Shown here: positions 1 through 11,953 of the stretch, piece by piece
How positions within the stretch are numbered: position 1 is the first letter of the stretch
How the letters are laid out: every line of letters starts with the position of its first letter
Source: Christensenella sp.
GTDB taxonomy: Bacteria; Bacillota; Clostridia; Christensenellales; CAG-917
NCBI GenBank assembly: GCA_022009775.1
Contig: CP091723.1
Coordinates: forward strand, 1,029,121 to 1,093,120
Reading direction: 5' to 3'
DNA length: 64,000 bases
Notes under the pieces: generated by a model
What the model saw: only the letters and a program-made list of their open reading frames with translations
Databases searched by the model: none
Told to the model about the DNA's origin: nothing
Made by a program: the position numbers and the translations under genes

Positions 1-793
1 CGGGGATGAGAATGAAAACCACCCAACCCGGATGCCAGAGATTTGCGAGAAATCCCATGAGTAAATACGTGGCGAGAGAGAGAAACACTATCGGAAATTC
101 GCTTGCGTTGCGGTGAGTTATCGTGTTTGAAATTCCGCCGAGAACGAACGGCGCGAAGAAGAGAATCCAGCCCGGATGCCACAAATTGCAAAGGAAACCG
201 ATGAGAAGATACGCAATCGTTGCAAGAAGGAATGATACGCCCCACACGCAGTCGTTGATTATTCGTGCAGTCTTGTCTTTTTCGCTGACCACGATTTTGC
301 CGTCCGCGATTTCGACGTGCGGAGCGTCTTTGTCGCAATGCGCTTCTTTGTCGGTTACGGTTGTTTTTTTGCCGTCAATATGCACGCTTCCGACAACTTT
401 GTTGACAAATTTTGCAATGCCGCCTTTGATGGTGACCTTCTCGCCGTTTTTGTCTTCGATGTAGATGCCGTCTTCGTCGATATGCACCTTGTCTCCGTCA
501 CTTTCAACGTTTACGGTTGAAGCGTCATCGTTGCCGTCGCTTGCGTCGTCTGACGTTTCATCTTTATTGTCGCATGCGTCGCTCGCTTGTGCGGTGTAAC
601 CGAGAAGTTCGTCAAGGCTTACGCCGTAAAGACGTGCAAGTGCTATGAGATTGTCGGTGTCGGGAGAACTCTCCGAGCGTTCCCATTTTGAAACCGCCTG
701 GCGAGATACGTCAAGCATCTCGGCAAGTTCGTCTTGCGAGTATCCGTGTCGTTTTCTGAGTTCGTACAATCTGTTTGCGGTTTTGATGTCCAT
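1..793 (-). CDS. XRE-family HTH regulator with C-terminal transmembrane repeats (C-terminus runs off the window)
   Basis: Absent from the ORF track (no stop in window). My translation from the reverse-strand ATG at 793 gives MDIKTANRLYELRKRHGYSQDELAEMLDVSRQAVSKWERSESSPDTDNLIALARLYGVSLDELLG (Cro/C1-type HTH). An acidic linker follows, then hydrophobic segments with a repeated LWHPGW motif. Confidence 0.75.
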   Translation of the reverse strand, partial: MDIKTANRLYELRKRHGYSQDELAEMLDVSRQAVSKWERSESSPDTDNLIALARLYGVSLDELLGYTAQASDACDNKDETSDDASDGNDDASTVNVESDGDKVHIDEDGIYIEDKNGEKVTIKGGIAKFVNKVVGSVHIDGKKTTVTDKEAHCDKDAPHVEIADGKIVVSEKDKTARIINDCVWGVSFLLATIAYLLIGFLCNLWHPGWILFFAPFVLGGISNTITHRNASEFPIVFLSLATYLLMGFLANLWHPGWVVFILIP

Positions 794-944
794 AACGTTT
801 ACCTGCCTTGTGTTTTCGTGCCTACATTGTTGCAAATCGGAGTGCGGTTGCGCCACCGATTTTGATTGTCAAATGCGCAACTATCGGTTGCATTTTTCAA
901 AAAACACGAATTTTTAGCGGTTTTCCGACGATTTTGAGCGATTT

Positions 945-2054
945 TTAAGCCAAAAGCACGGTCGCAAATGCGGCAACGGATTTTGAGTTTCCAAGGTCTC
1001 CTACTTGCTCGTTAGTCGTGGCGGTTATGCCGATTTTCTCGCACGGAATGCCGAGAATTGCCGATACGTTGTTGCGCATTGTATCTATAAACGGAGCAAG
1101 TATAGGACGCTCCGCGATTATGGCAACCGATACGTTTTGCACGCTCATACATTTTTCGGAAACTTTGCCCAGCACCGTGCGAAGAAGGTCCGCACTGTCT
1201 GCGTCGTCGTATTTTTCATCGTCGACGGGGAAGAGATGTCCGATGTCTTTTTCTCCTATTGCGGAAAGCATAGCGTCCATAAGCGCGTGAAGAGCAACGT
1301 CGCCGTCGCTGTGCGCGACGAAAGAAAACTCGCAGGGTATAAAAGTTGCCATAAGTTTAATTCCGTTGCCGTTTTTGAAGCGGTGTATATCGTAACCTAT
1401 GCCGCAAAGCGGAGTTTTCAGGTCTTCTTTTGTGGTTATTTTTATGTTTTTGGGGTCGCCTTCAATCATTCTTACGTCGCAAGGAGCGTGTTTTTGAAGC
1501 ACTGCTATGTCGTCGAGATATTCGCCGTCGCACTTGGAATATGCTTTGACGATGACGTCTCTTTTTGCACAAACGGGAGTTTGCACTCTGCGATATTCCG
1601 TTCTGTCAACAGGGTCGACGCCGAATCTTATGCACACGAGCGAGTCGGTGAGCGGAAGAAGGGGAAGGGCCACTCCGCGTTCGACCGCGCCTGCGATTAC
1701 GCTGGCGATGAGCGCTTTGGAAACGTAGGGGCGCGCGCCGTCATGAATGATGACGTAGTCGCAATCGTCGTCGATTGCTCGAAGTCCGTTTTTCACGGTT
1801 TGCGTGCGAGTAAGTCCGCCGTTTGTGAGTATTATGCGAGTGTCTTCGATATGTGCGACGTCGAGCGCGTTGAGAAACTCGTCGCTGAACGACGGATGAA
1901 TCGCAACGATGATTTTGCTTACCCCTTCCGTATCGAGAAAGGGCTTTATTGCTTCTACGAGAACGCAGGAACTTTTGCAGGGAGCGAGAAGTTTGTTTTC
2001 GACTCCGTAGCGTTGGCTCGTGCCGCCTGCCGTGATGATAACGTTGATTTTCAT
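945..2054 (-). CDS. ispDF: Bifunctional 2-C-methyl-D-erythritol 4-phosphate cytidylyltransferase / MEcPP synthase (IspDF)
   Basis: 369 aa. N-terminus MKINVIITAGGTSQRYG is IspD-like. The C-terminal half (GIGYDIHRF...HSDGDVALHALMDAMLSAIGEKDIGHLFP) is IspF-like. Confidence 0.9.
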   Translation of the reverse strand: MKINVIITAGGTSQRYGVENKLLAPCKSSCVLVEAIKPFLDTEGVSKIIVAIHPSFSDEFLNALDVAHIEDTRIILTNGGLTRTQTVKNGLRAIDDDCDYVIIHDGARPYVSKALIASVIAGAVERGVALPLLPLTDSLVCIRFGVDPVDRTEYRRVQTPVCAKRDVIVKAYSKCDGEYLDDIAVLQKHAPCDVRMIEGDPKNIKITTKEDLKTPLCGIGYDIHRFKNGNGIKLMATFIPCEFSFVAHSDGDVALHALMDAMLSAIGEKDIGHLFPVDDEKYDDADSADLLRTVLGKVSEKCMSVQNVSVAIIAERPILAPFIDTMRNNVSAILGIPCEKIGITATTNEQVGDLGNSKSVAAFATVLLA

Positions 2055-2135
2055 AAGACTCCTTGTAAATTACGATTTGCGAAAAATCGCAAAATAATAC
2101 GGTTTAACTTGCTGTTTTTGCAATTAAACCACCTT

Positions 2136-2378
2136 TTACGGCAAAATGCGATACATCGTTTCCGCACTTTGCTTTGTCTGACGCTCGTCGGTGGACAGCA
2201 CTTCAAAGGACATCGAGTTGTTGCCGAAAGTGACGGTCACGACGTCGCCGACTTTCACTTCTTTTGCGGGTTTGACGACTTTGCCGTTGATTTCTATGCG
2301 TCCGCCGTCGCACGCTTCCTGCGCCACGGTGCGCCTTTTGATAACTCTTGATACTTTCAAAAATTTGTCTATTCTCAT
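2136..2378 (-). CDS. Small S4-domain RNA-binding protein (Hsp15/YabO/RqcP-like)
   Basis: 80 aa starting MRIDKFLKVSRVIKRRTVAQEACDGGRIEINGKVVKPAKEVKVGD, a typical S4 alpha-L motif. Confidence 0.75.
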   Translation of the reverse strand: MRIDKFLKVSRVIKRRTVAQEACDGGRIEINGKVVKPAKEVKVGDVVTVTFGNNSMSFEVLSTDERQTKQSAETMYRILP

Positions 2379-2640
2379 ACGAAAATTATACTATGCCGCC
2401 CGTGATTTTTCAATAGAGTGCGCTCATTTTTTAACAAAAACCCGAGATTTGTCTTCACAACAACTTCAAATTTGCAAACAACCATTTCCAAACATTATTC
2501 CCATACTACTATCCCCATACTACAATTTTCACCAACCACCATTTCTCGCGTCACTGTCTTTAATGAAACGCGCGACATGCTCGCGTGTAATAAATATATA
2601 AAATTACTTGAAATTTATTAAAAATATATGCGCGCGACGC

Positions 2641-2669
2641 TTGACAGTCTTGATTTTTCAATATATAAT
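2641..2669 (+). promoter_or_regulatory. Consensus sigma-70/SigA-type promoter for rpoBC
   Basis: TTGACA (2641-2646), 17 nt spacer, TATAAT (2664-2669). It lies ~210 nt upstream of the rpoB ATG. Confidence 0.6.
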
Positions 2670-2878
2670 AGAAAACTGCGCAATAATGCGAATCTCTACC
2701 CCTAAAACAGCACGTTTTTGGGGGTAGGGGGGTTATAAAGACTTATGTTTTTATGGCGAAACTGCACGAAAGCGTAGATTTATGAGAAAATTTTTTGGCG
2801 GTCGGAAAAATTTTTTTCAAAAACCGAAAAGTTTTTTTGCAAATCGCAATCCAAGGCAATTTTTTAAGGAGTGAATAT

Positions 2879-5800
2879 ATGTCCCAAAGAATTCACAATC
2901 AAATGTACGGAACAACTGAAAGACGTGACTTTTCAAGAATTAAAGACGTCTTGCCGATTCCGTATCTCATTGAGGTGCAAAAGAATTCCTACGCAAATTT
3001 CATTGATGCCGGCATCACGGAAGTTTTCAAAGATTATTCTCCGATCGTTGACTTCTCCGGCAGATTGAAACTCGAGTTTTTGTCACACAGATTCGACGGC
3101 GAACCGAAGTACACCGTAAAAGAGTGCAAAGACCGCGACACAACGTATGCTATTCCGCTCAAAGTCAAGGCGCGTCTCACCAACACCGAAACCGGTGAAG
3201 TGGTGGAACAGGAAGTGTTTATGGGCGATTTCCCGCTCATGACGGACTCCGGTTCATTCGTTATCAACGGTGCAGAACGCGTTATCGTCTCCCAACTTGT
3301 CAGAAGCCCGGGCGTTTACAACGACAAGATTCTCGACAAGAACGGCGTGCCGCGTTACGCAACGACGGTCATCCCTAACAGAGGCGCGTGGCTTGAATAC
3401 GAGCAAGACTCCAACGACGTGCAATGGGTGCACGTTGACAGAACGAGAAAGATAACCGCAACCACTCTTCTTCGTGCGCTCGGATACGGAACGGACGAAG
3501 AGATCATAGATTTGTTCGGCGGCGACGAGATGATCGTCAACACCTGCCAGAAAGACGCTCAATGCAAGAACGAAGAACAAGGCAAAATCGATTTGTTCCG
3601 TCGTTTGCGTCCGGGCGAAGTTCCCACCGTCGAAGGTGCGAACATTCTTATCCACAACACTTTCTACGATTACAAGAGATACGACCTTGCAAGAGTCGGT
3701 CGCTATAAATACAACAAGAAACTCGCACTCGGTTCGCGTATTGCGGGATACAAGCTCGCAGAAGACGTCGTGAGCCCCGTCACAGGCGAAATTCTTGCAC
3801 AAAAAGGCGAAATCGTCGACGAAAAGAAAGGTTTTGAAATTCAGAACAACGCAGTCAACGTCGTGTGGCTTTCTTACACCGACAAGGACGGCAAAGCAAA
3901 GAAATTCAAAGTCATCGGCAACAACACGGTTGACCTTGACGCATTCGTCGATTGCAACCCCAGAGAACTCGGAATTCTCGAAAGAGTTTACTATCCGAAT
4001 CTCAAAGCGTTGATGGACGAGTTCGGCGACGACAAAGACCAACTCATCCTTGCAATCAAAGCGTCCGTGGACGAGCTCGTTTACAAGCACATCACGCTTG
4101 ACGACATCGTTTCAATCGAAGACTACAACCTTGGATTGCGTTACGGTTTCGGCACTTGCGACGACATCGACCACTTGTCCAACCGTCGCGTTCGTGCGGT
4201 GGGCGAGTTGCTCCAAAATCAATTCCGTATCGGTATTTCTCGTCTTGAGAGAGTCATTAAGGAGAGAATGGCTTCCGCTCAGGAAAACGCAGAAATCACT
4301 CCGCAAACGCTCATCAACATTCGTCCCGTTACGAGTGCTATAAAAGAGTTTTTCGGCTCTTCGCAGTTGTCCCAGTTTATGGATCAACCCAACCCGATTG
4401 CAGAACTTACGCACAAGCGTAAACTCTCCGCACTCGGCCCGGGCGGTCTCAACAGAGAACGTGCAAGTTTCGAAGTGCGTGACGTTCACCACTCACACTA
4501 CGGTCGTATGTGCCCGATAGAAACTCCTGAAGGACAGAACATCGGTCTTATCACGTCCCTTTCTTCTTACGCAAAGGTCAACGAATACGGATTCATCGAG
4601 ACTCCGTATCGTAAGATCGACAAAGAGACGGGCGTCGTAACCGACGAAGTCGTGTATATGGCGGCGGACGAAGAAGACAAATACGTCATCGCACAGGCGA
4701 ACGAACCGCTCGACGAAGAAAGCAAATTCTTGCGCAACCGTGTCAACTGCCGTATTCAAAAAGATATTCGCGAAGTCCCGAAAGAAAGAGCGGACTACAT
4801 GGACGTCAACCCCAAACAGTTGATTTCAATAGCAACCGCGCTCATTCCGTTCCTTGAAAACGACGATACCAACCGTGCTCTTATGGGCTCGAACATGCAA
4901 CGTCAGGCGGTTCCGCTCCTTAAACCGCAAGCACCGATGATTGCAACCGGCGTCGAACACAAGATTGCGTACGACTCGGGCGTTCTCAAGATCGCAAAAC
5001 ACGACGGCTTCGTGAAGTATGTTGACAGCGACAAGATTGTCGTGGAATGCAACGACGGCACGCAAGATACTTATATTCTCAGCAAATTCGAGCGTTCAAA
5101 CCAATCCACTTGCATCAATCAACATCCGATTGTCAGCAAGGGCGACAGAGTGTACGCTCCGAAGTACAACGAAAAGGGCGATCTCGTCAAGGAAGGCACC
5201 GTTCTTGCGGACGGTCCGGCAACCGATCACGGCGAGCTTGCGCTTGGCAGAAACATGCTCATCGGTTTCATGTCGTGGGAAGGCTACAACTACGAAGACG
5301 CAGTCCTTATCAGTGAAGAACTCGTGCGCGACGATTTGTACACTTCCATCCACATCGAAGAATACGAAATCGAATGCCGCGACACCAAACTCGGTGACGA
5401 GCAAATCACAAGAGATATTCCCAACCTTTCCGACGACGTTCTCAAGAACCTTGACGAAGACGGTATCGTCAGAGTCGGTGCGGAAGTCAAAGCAGGCGAT
5501 ATTCTCGTCGGTAAAGTCACCCCGAAGGGCGAGACGGAACTCACTCCCGAAGAAAGATTGCTCCGCGCAATCTTCGGCGAGAAGGCAAGAGAAGTTCGCG
5601 ATACGTCACTCAGAGTCCCCAACGGCGAAAGCGGTATCGTAGTGGACGTCAAGATCTTTACGAGAAAGAACAAGGACGAACTCGCACCCGGCGTCAACAA
5701 ACTCGTCCGCGTATATATCGCACAAAAGAGAAAAATCTCCGTCGGCGATAAGATGGCAGGTCGTCACGGCAACAAAGGTGTCGTTTCGAGAGTTCTTCCC

Positions 5801-6700
5801 AAAGAAGATATGCCTTTCATGGCAGACGGCACTCCGCTTCAAATCGTGCTCAACCCGCTCGGCGTTCCTAGCCGTATGAACATCGGACAAGTTCTCGAAG
5901 TTCACCTTGGACTCATCGCTCACATGCTCGATTGGAAAGTCGCAACCCCCGTTTTCGACGGCGCGAACGAACAGGACATCAAAGCGTTGTTCCAACAATG
6001 CGGAATCGTCAACGAAGACGGCGAAGTGGACGGCAAGATCCAACTCTACGACGGAAGAACGGGCGAACCGTTTGAAAACAGAACGACGGTCGGCTATATG
6101 TACTATCTCAAACTGCATCATCTCGTCGACGATAAGATCCACGCAAGAAGCACCGGCCCGTACAGCCTCGTGACGCAACAACCGCTCGGCGGCAAGGCGC
6201 AATTCGGCGGACAACGTTTCGGTGAAATGGAAGTCTGGGCTTTGGAAGCATACGGCGCGGCAAACGTGTTGCAAGAAATTCTCACCGTCAAGTCGGACGA
6301 CGTGGTGGGACGTGTCAAGACCTACGAATCAATCGTCAAAGGCACGAACATTTCCGAACCCGGTATCCCCGAATCCTTCAAAGTTCTCGTCAAGGAATTG
6401 CAATCTCTCGCTCTCGACGTCAAAGTGCTCACCGAAGACAGAGACGAAGTCAAACTCCGTGACTATGACGACGACACCGATTTCGATACGCCTGCAACGA
6501 GAAAACACGAAGAACTCAAAGAAATCGATATTCTCGGCGGCGAGAACAACATCTTTGAAAACTTCGGTCAGGACGACAAGGGCGGCGTAGACACCAGCCT
6601 GTTCGACACCGACGACGATGACGAAAGCATATTCAGCGCACTCACCGAAGGAACTCCCGATCTCAGCGATCTCTTCGGCACAGGCTCCGATGAAGAGTAA
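2879..6700 (+). CDS. rpoB: DNA-directed RNA polymerase subunit beta
   Basis: The ORF-track frame opens at 2795. I place the start at ATG 2879 ([23 protein letters not shown]), 7 nt after AAGGAG. Beta-subunit motifs are conserved throughout. The C-terminus carries a ~90 aa acidic tail. Confidence 0.97.
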   Translation: MSQRIHNQMYGTTERRDFSRIKDVLPIPYLIEVQKNSYANFIDAGITEVFKDYSPIVDFSGRLKLEFLSHRFDGEPKYTVKECKDRDTTYAIPLKVKARLTNTETGEVVEQEVFMGDFPLMTDSGSFVINGAERVIVSQLVRSPGVYNDKILDKNGVPRYATTVIPNRGAWLEYEQDSNDVQWVHVDRTRKITATTLLRALGYGTDEEIIDLFGGDEMIVNTCQKDAQCKNEEQGKIDLFRRLRPGEVPTVEGANILIHNTFYDYKRYDLARVGRYKYNKKLALGSRIAGYKLAEDVVSPVTGEILAQKGEIVDEKKGFEIQNNAVNVVWLSYTDKDGKAKKFKVIGNNTVDLDAFVDCNPRELGILERVYYPNLKALMDEFGDDKDQLILAIKASVDELVYKHITLDDIVSIEDYNLGLRYGFGTCDDIDHLSNRRVRAVGELLQNQFRIGISRLERVIKERMASAQENAEITPQTLINIRPVTSAIKEFFGSSQLSQFMDQPNPIAELTHKRKLSALGPGGLNRERASFEVRDVHHSHYGRMCPIETPEGQNIGLITSLSSYAKVNEYGFIETPYRKIDKETGVVTDEVVYMAADEEDKYVIAQANEPLDEESKFLRNRVNCRIQKDIREVPKERADYMDVNPKQLISIATALIPFLENDDTNRALMGSNMQRQAVPLLKPQAPMIATGVEHKIAYDSGVLKIAKHDGFVKYVDSDKIVVECNDGTQDTYILSKFERSNQSTCINQHPIVSKGDRVYAPKYNEKGDLVKEGTVLADGPATDHGELALGRNMLIGFMSWEGYNYEDAVLISEELVRDDLYTSIHIEEYEIECRDTKLGDEQITRDIPNLSDDVLKNLDEDGIVRVGAEVKAGDILVGKVTPKGETELTPEERLLRAIFGEKAREVRDTSLRVPNGESGIVVDVKIFTRKNKDELAPGVNKLVRVYIAQKRKISVGDKMAGRHGNKGVVSRVLPKEDMPFMADGTPLQIVLNPLGVPSRMNIGQVLEVHLGLIAHMLDWKVATPVFDGANEQDIKALFQQCGIVNEDGEVDGKIQLYDGRTGEPFENRTTVGYMYYLKLHHLVDDKIHARSTGPYSLVTQQPLGGKAQFGGQRFGEMEVWALEAYGAANVLQEILTVKSDDVVGRVKTYESIVKGTNISEPGIPESFKVLVKELQSLALDVKVLTEDRDEVKLRDYDDDTDFDTPATRKHEELKEIDILGGENNIFENFGQDDKGGVDTSLFDTDDDDESIFSALTEGTPDLSDLFGTGSDEE

Positions 6701-6714
6701 TAGGAGATGACAAT

Positions 6715-9700
6715 ATGTACGAACTCAGCAATTTTGATGCAATTCAAATCGGTATCGCTTCACCCGAAAAGATCAGAGAATGGTCTTACGGTGAAGTGAC
6801 CAAACCCGAAACTATAAACTACCGTACGCAAAAGCCCGAAAAGGACGGTCTTTTCTGTGAAAAGATCTTCGGGCCTACGCGTGACTGGGAATGCCATTGC
6901 GGACGCTATAAACGCATCCGCTACAAAGGCGTCATCTGCGAAAAGTGCGGCGTTGAAGTGACCAAGTCCAAAGTGCGTCGTGAAAGAATGGGACATATCG
7001 AACTCGCTTGCCCCGTCACTCATATCTGGTACTTGCGCGGTGTGCCTTCCAGAATCGCAATTCTTCTCGACGTTTCTCCCAAGGAACTCGAACAAGTGGT
7101 ATATTTCGTGTCTTTCATCGTTCTCGATCCGGGCAACGTGACCGAACTCCACAAGAAACAAGTCATTTCCGATAAGGAATATAGAGAACTTCTCGAAAAA
7201 TATTCTCCGTCCGATTTCAAACTCGGTATGGGCGCGGAAGCGGTGAAGGAACTCCTTATGGAAGTCGACCTTGAAAAAGAAAGCGAACAACTCAAAAACA
7301 TCATCAACAATTCCGTCGGACAAAAACGTATCAAAGCGGTCAAACGCCTTGAAATCGTGGAAGCGTTCCGTCAATCGGGCAACAAACCCGAATGGATGGT
7401 TCTCGACGTTCTCCCCGTGCTTCCGCCCGAACTTCGTCCGATGATTCAACTCGACGGCGGCAGATTTGCAACGAGCGACCTTAACGATTTGTATCGCAGA
7501 GTCATCAACCGCAACAACCGCTTGAAGAAACTCAAAGAACTCGGCGCGCCCGACATCATCGTCCGCAACGAAAAGCGTATGCTTCAAGAAGCGGTGGACG
7601 CTCTCATCGACAACGGCCGTCGCGGCAAAGCGGTGTCCGGTCCCGGCAACAGAGATTTGAAATCACTCTCGGGTATGCTCCGCGGCAAGCAAGGACGTTT
7701 CCGTCAAAACTTGCTCGGTAAACGTGTCGACTACTCCGGTCGTTCGGTTATCGTCGTCGGTCCCGAACTTAAACTTTATCAATGCGGTCTGCCCAAAGAA
7801 ATGGCTCTCGAACTCTTCAAGCCGTTCATCATGAACAAACTTGTCGAGCGCAACCTTTGCCACAACATCAAGAGCGCAAAGAGATTTGTCGATACGGGCA
7901 AGAATCAGGTGTGGGATATTCTTGAAGAAATCATCAAAGATCACCCCGTTCTTCTCAACCGTGCACCGACGCTTCACAGACTCGGTATTCAGGCGTTTGA
8001 ACCTGTGCTTGTAGAAGGCAGAGCAATCAAACTCCACCCGCTCGCCTGCGGCGCGTTCAACGCGGACTTCGACGGCGACCAGATGGCAGTTCACGTACCG
8101 CTCTCCATCGAAGCACAAGCGGAAGCGAGAATTTTGATGCTTTGCACCAACAACATTCTCAAACTTTCGGACGGTAAACCTATCGTTTCACCGACGCAGG
8201 ATATGGTCATCGGTTCATACTACTTGACAATCGTCAAGCCGGGCGCAAAGGGCGAAGGCAACTATTATAGTTCTTTCGACGAAGCAATGATGGCGTATCA
8301 GGACAAAGACCTTACGCTTCAATCTCTCTGCTACATTCGTGTTCCCGTTCAAAACGAAGACGGCACTACTTCCAACAAGTTGTTGCACACCACGGTCGGC
8401 CGTTTCATCTTCAACAATAATCTCCCGCAAGATTTGCACTTCGTTGACAGAGACGTCGAAGCAAACAAGGGGCAACTCGAAGTCGAAGGTATTCTCGGCA
8501 TCAACGCGGCAATCGACGAAAATCAATTCCATGCAATCGTCGACTTGTTCAGAAACAACAACGTCAACGAAGATACGTGCGTGCGCGCGCGTTCCATATT
8601 AAAGAAAGGTTCTCTCACGGACGACCAAATCGGTCAAATCGCAACCGCAATCAAAGAAGCGGGCGATCTCGACCTTTCCAAGACCAAAGAGAATTTGCGT
8701 GAAATCACCGCTCTTCGCGAAAGCATCCAAAAGGTGCTCGGCAAGAAGGCGATGGCAATCGGCAAGAAACAACTCAGCATGATCGTCGACAACTGCTTCA
8801 AATATCACGGAGCAACCGAAACGGCGGAAATGCTTGACAGAATCAAGGCTCTCGGCTACAAGTATTCGACCATCGGCGCAATCACCGCATCCGTCTTCGA
8901 TATGCACATCCCGGGCGACAAGAAACTCATCGTTCACGACGCTGAACAAGAAGTCGTCAAGATTGAAAGACTCCACGCTCGCGGCGTGCTCTCCGAAGAA
9001 GGTCGTTACAAAGAAATCATCAAGATTTGGAAAGACGCGGCAGACAAGGTTGAAGGCGAACTCAAGAAAGGCCTTGACGATTTCAACCCGATTTGGATGA
9101 TGGCAAACTCCGGTGCTCGTGGTAGCATGGGACAAATCCGTCAGCTCGCAGGTATGCGTGGCTTGATGGCAGACCCGTCAGGTCGTACAATCGAGTTGCC
9201 TGTCCGTTCTTCCTTCCGTGAAGGTTTGTCCGTTTTGGAATACTTCATTTCGTCGCACGGCGGCAGAAAAGGTCTCGCGGACACCGCTCTTAAAACGGCT
9301 GACTCCGGTTATCTTACGAGACGTCTCGTCGACGTATCTCACTCCGTCGTCGTTCGCGAACAGGATTGCGGCGACACCAAAGGTACGTTCATCACGGCAA
9401 TCAGAGACGAAAAGAGCGTCATCGAAGCACTTGCAGACCGTATTGCAGGCAGATACACCATCGGCGACGTCGTCGATCCCGCAACCGGCGAAATCATCTG
9501 CGAAGGCGACACGCTCATTTCCACCGACAAGGCGAAAGAAATCGACAACGTGCTCACTTCTTACTGGGAAAAGAACGGCGCAGACATGCACCATCAACCC
9601 GGTGTGCTTATCCGCTCGATACTTACCTGTAAGTCAAAGAACGGCGTGTGCGTGAAGTGCTACGGCAAGAACATGGCGTCGGGCAACCCCGTCAAGATCG

Positions 9701-10581
9701 GTGAAGCAGTCGGTATCATCGCGGCACAATCAATCGGCGAGCCGGGCACGCAGCTTACGATGCGTACCTTCCACTCGGGCGGCGTTGCAACCGACGACGA
9801 TATCACTCAAGGTCTCCCGCGTGTCGAAGAATTGTTCGAAGCGCGCAATCCTAAAGGTAAAGCGGTCATCACCGAGGCAAGCGGTCTCGTCCACATCAGC
9901 GACGATCGCCGTGAAATCACCGTCACCGCTCCCGACGGAGAAACCAAGGCGTACGCAATCCCGTACAATGCAAATATTCTCGTTCAGGAAGGCGAGTCTA
10001 TCGGCGCAGGCGATCCGCTCACCAAAGGTTCTATCAACCCGCAAGACATGCTCCGCGCAAAAGGCGTCAAGGGCGTGCAGGAATACATCGCAAAAGAAGT
10101 TCAATCCGCTTATCGTACCGCGGGCGTCGAAATCAACGACAAACACGTTGAAGTCATCGTCAGACAAATGCTCCGCAAGGTTCGTATCGAAAATCAGGGT
10201 GACACGAACATGCTTCCCGGCACTTTGGTGGACTTGCTCTCCTACGAAGAAGAAAACGAAAAAGCGCTTGAAAACGGCGGCGTTCCCGCAACTGCAAAAC
10301 GTACGTTGCTGGGTATCACCAAAGCCGCACTCGCAACAGAGTCCTTCTTGTCGGCAGCGTCCTTCCAAGAGACTGCAAAAGTCCTTGCAGAAGCCGCTAT
10401 CAACAATCGTATCGACCCGTTGGTCGGCTTGAAAGAAAACGTCATCATCGGCAAACTCATTCCTGCCGGTACGGGTATGAAGTGCTATAAGAATATCACC
10501 ACCGTGGCTGCAAATCAGACGCAACCCGGAGATATCATCGCACCCCATCGCCTTGAAGACGAAGACATCGAAGAAATCTAA
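6715..10581 (+). CDS. rpoC: DNA-directed RNA polymerase subunit beta'
   Basis: 1288 aa. Contains the zinc-binding [23 protein letters not shown] segment and the catalytic [12 protein letters not shown] motif. Confidence 0.97.
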   Translation: MYELSNFDAIQIGIASPEKIREWSYGEVTKPETINYRTQKPEKDGLFCEKIFGPTRDWECHCGRYKRIRYKGVICEKCGVEVTKSKVRRERMGHIELACPVTHIWYLRGVPSRIAILLDVSPKELEQVVYFVSFIVLDPGNVTELHKKQVISDKEYRELLEKYSPSDFKLGMGAEAVKELLMEVDLEKESEQLKNIINNSVGQKRIKAVKRLEIVEAFRQSGNKPEWMVLDVLPVLPPELRPMIQLDGGRFATSDLNDLYRRVINRNNRLKKLKELGAPDIIVRNEKRMLQEAVDALIDNGRRGKAVSGPGNRDLKSLSGMLRGKQGRFRQNLLGKRVDYSGRSVIVVGPELKLYQCGLPKEMALELFKPFIMNKLVERNLCHNIKSAKRFVDTGKNQVWDILEEIIKDHPVLLNRAPTLHRLGIQAFEPVLVEGRAIKLHPLACGAFNADFDGDQMAVHVPLSIEAQAEARILMLCTNNILKLSDGKPIVSPTQDMVIGSYYLTIVKPGAKGEGNYYSSFDEAMMAYQDKDLTLQSLCYIRVPVQNEDGTTSNKLLHTTVGRFIFNNNLPQDLHFVDRDVEANKGQLEVEGILGINAAIDENQFHAIVDLFRNNNVNEDTCVRARSILKKGSLTDDQIGQIATAIKEAGDLDLSKTKENLREITALRESIQKVLGKKAMAIGKKQLSMIVDNCFKYHGATETAEMLDRIKALGYKYSTIGAITASVFDMHIPGDKKLIVHDAEQEVVKIERLHARGVLSEEGRYKEIIKIWKDAADKVEGELKKGLDDFNPIWMMANSGARGSMGQIRQLAGMRGLMADPSGRTIELPVRSSFREGLSVLEYFISSHGGRKGLADTALKTADSGYLTRRLVDVSHSVVVREQDCGDTKGTFITAIRDEKSVIEALADRIAGRYTIGDVVDPATGEIICEGDTLISTDKAKEIDNVLTSYWEKNGADMHHQPGVLIRSILTCKSKNGVCVKCYGKNMASGNPVKIGEAVGIIAAQSIGEPGTQLTMRTFHSGGVATDDDITQGLPRVEELFEARNPKGKAVITEASGLVHISDDRREITVTAPDGETKAYAIPYNANILVQEGESIGAGDPLTKGSINPQDMLRAKGVKGVQEYIAKEVQSAYRTAGVEINDKHVEVIVRQMLRKVRIENQGDTNMLPGTLVDLLSYEEENEKALENGGVPATAKRTLLGITKAALATESFLSAASFQETAKVLAEAAINNRIDPLVGLKENVIIGKLIPAGTGMKCYKNITTVAANQTQPGDIIAPHRLEDEDIEEI

Positions 10582-11762
10582 TGAAAAGAAAACTTTTTAC
10601 ATCTGAAAGCGTGACGGAAGGACATCCCGATAAGGTGTGTGACCAGATCGCAGACGCAATACTCGACGACATTTTCGCAGACGATCCGTCTGCGAGAGTC
10701 GCCATTGAAGTGTGCGCGACAACGGGTATGGTTATGGTTATGGGGGAAGTTTCCACCAAACACTATTGCGATATTCCCAAAGTCGTGCGCGAAGTCGTAA
10801 AAGACGTCGGATATAACGACTCGTCTCTCGGCTTCGACTACAAGACCTGCGCGGTTTTGAGTTCCATTGACGAGCAATCTCCCGATATCGCACTCGGCGT
10901 TGACAACGCAACCGACACCGACGACGTCGAAGAATTCGACAAAATCGGAGCAGGCGACCAGGGCATGATGTTCGGTTATGCATGCGACGAGACGGAATCC
11001 TTGATGCCGCTTCCCATAACTCTTGCTCACGCGCTCACAAGACAACTCACCGAAGTGAGAAAGAGCGGTGAAATAGAATGGCTTCGTCCCGACGGAAAGG
11101 CGCAAGTCACCGTCGAATATATCGACGACGTTCCCGAAAGAGTGGATACTATCGTCGTGAGTTGCCAACATTCCGAAGACGTCGATATGGACACTCTCGA
11201 AGAAACAATCATCGAAAAGGTTATTGGTCGCGCTATTCCGCAAGAGTATATCGACGACGACACCAAGATTTACATCAATCCGACGGGCAGATTCGTCATC
11301 GGCGGACCTGCAGGCGACAGCGGCGTTACGGGCAGAAAAATCATCGTGGACACCTACGGCGGTTTCTGCGCGCACGGTGGTGGCGCGTTCAGCGGCAAAG
11401 ACCCCACGAAAGTTGACAGAAGTGCGTCTTATATGGCTCGCTATATCTGCAAAAACCTTGTGGCGGCAGGCGTTTGCAAGAGAGCGGAATTGCAGGTTGC
11501 GTACGCAATCGGCATGGCTCATCCCGTTTCGATTTACGTCAATACGTACGGCACGGGCGTAGTGAGCGACGAAGACCTTGCAAAAGTGGTCAGAGAAGTG
11601 TTTGATTTGCGCCCGAAGGCGATAATCAAGAACCTTAAACTCGACAGACCTATTTATCGTGCGACTTCCAACTACGGCCATTTCGGAAGAGACGGCTTCA
11701 CGTGGGAAGAGACGGACAAGGTTGACGAAGTCAAGCAAGCCGTCGCAAAATATCAATTTTGA
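10581..11762 (+). CDS. metK: S-adenosylmethionine synthetase
   Basis: 393 aa with [24 protein letters not shown] and [12 protein letters not shown] motifs. Its ATG shares one nucleotide with the rpoC TAA stop (TAATG). Confidence 0.95.
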   Translation: MKRKLFTSESVTEGHPDKVCDQIADAILDDIFADDPSARVAIEVCATTGMVMVMGEVSTKHYCDIPKVVREVVKDVGYNDSSLGFDYKTCAVLSSIDEQSPDIALGVDNATDTDDVEEFDKIGAGDQGMMFGYACDETESLMPLPITLAHALTRQLTEVRKSGEIEWLRPDGKAQVTVEYIDDVPERVDTIVVSCQHSEDVDMDTLEETIIEKVIGRAIPQEYIDDDTKIYINPTGRFVIGGPAGDSGVTGRKIIVDTYGGFCAHGGGAFSGKDPTKVDRSASYMARYICKNLVAAGVCKRAELQVAYAIGMAHPVSIYVNTYGTGVVSDEDLAKVVREVFDLRPKAIIKNLKLDRPIYRATSNYGHFGRDGFTWEETDKVDEVKQAVAKYQF

Positions 11763-11774
11763 ATGCTAAAGAGA

Positions 11775-11805
11775 AAAACGGTAGGATAATCCTACCGTTT
11801 TTCGC
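11775..11805 (+). terminator. Intrinsic terminator after metK
   Basis: Stem AAAACGGTAGG / CCTACCGTTTT with loop ATAAT, followed by a T-run. Confidence 0.8.
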
Positions 11806-11953
11806 AACTTTTGAGTGAGAAATCGCTTCTATGCGATGGGAATACGTTCATAGCGACGATAATGAACTTAAAAAGAAACTATTTGAGAAAATAACCGTCA
11901 CGAACTAGGTTTGTGACGTAAAATGAGCCTTATTAAAGGATAAGCGGAGAAAA

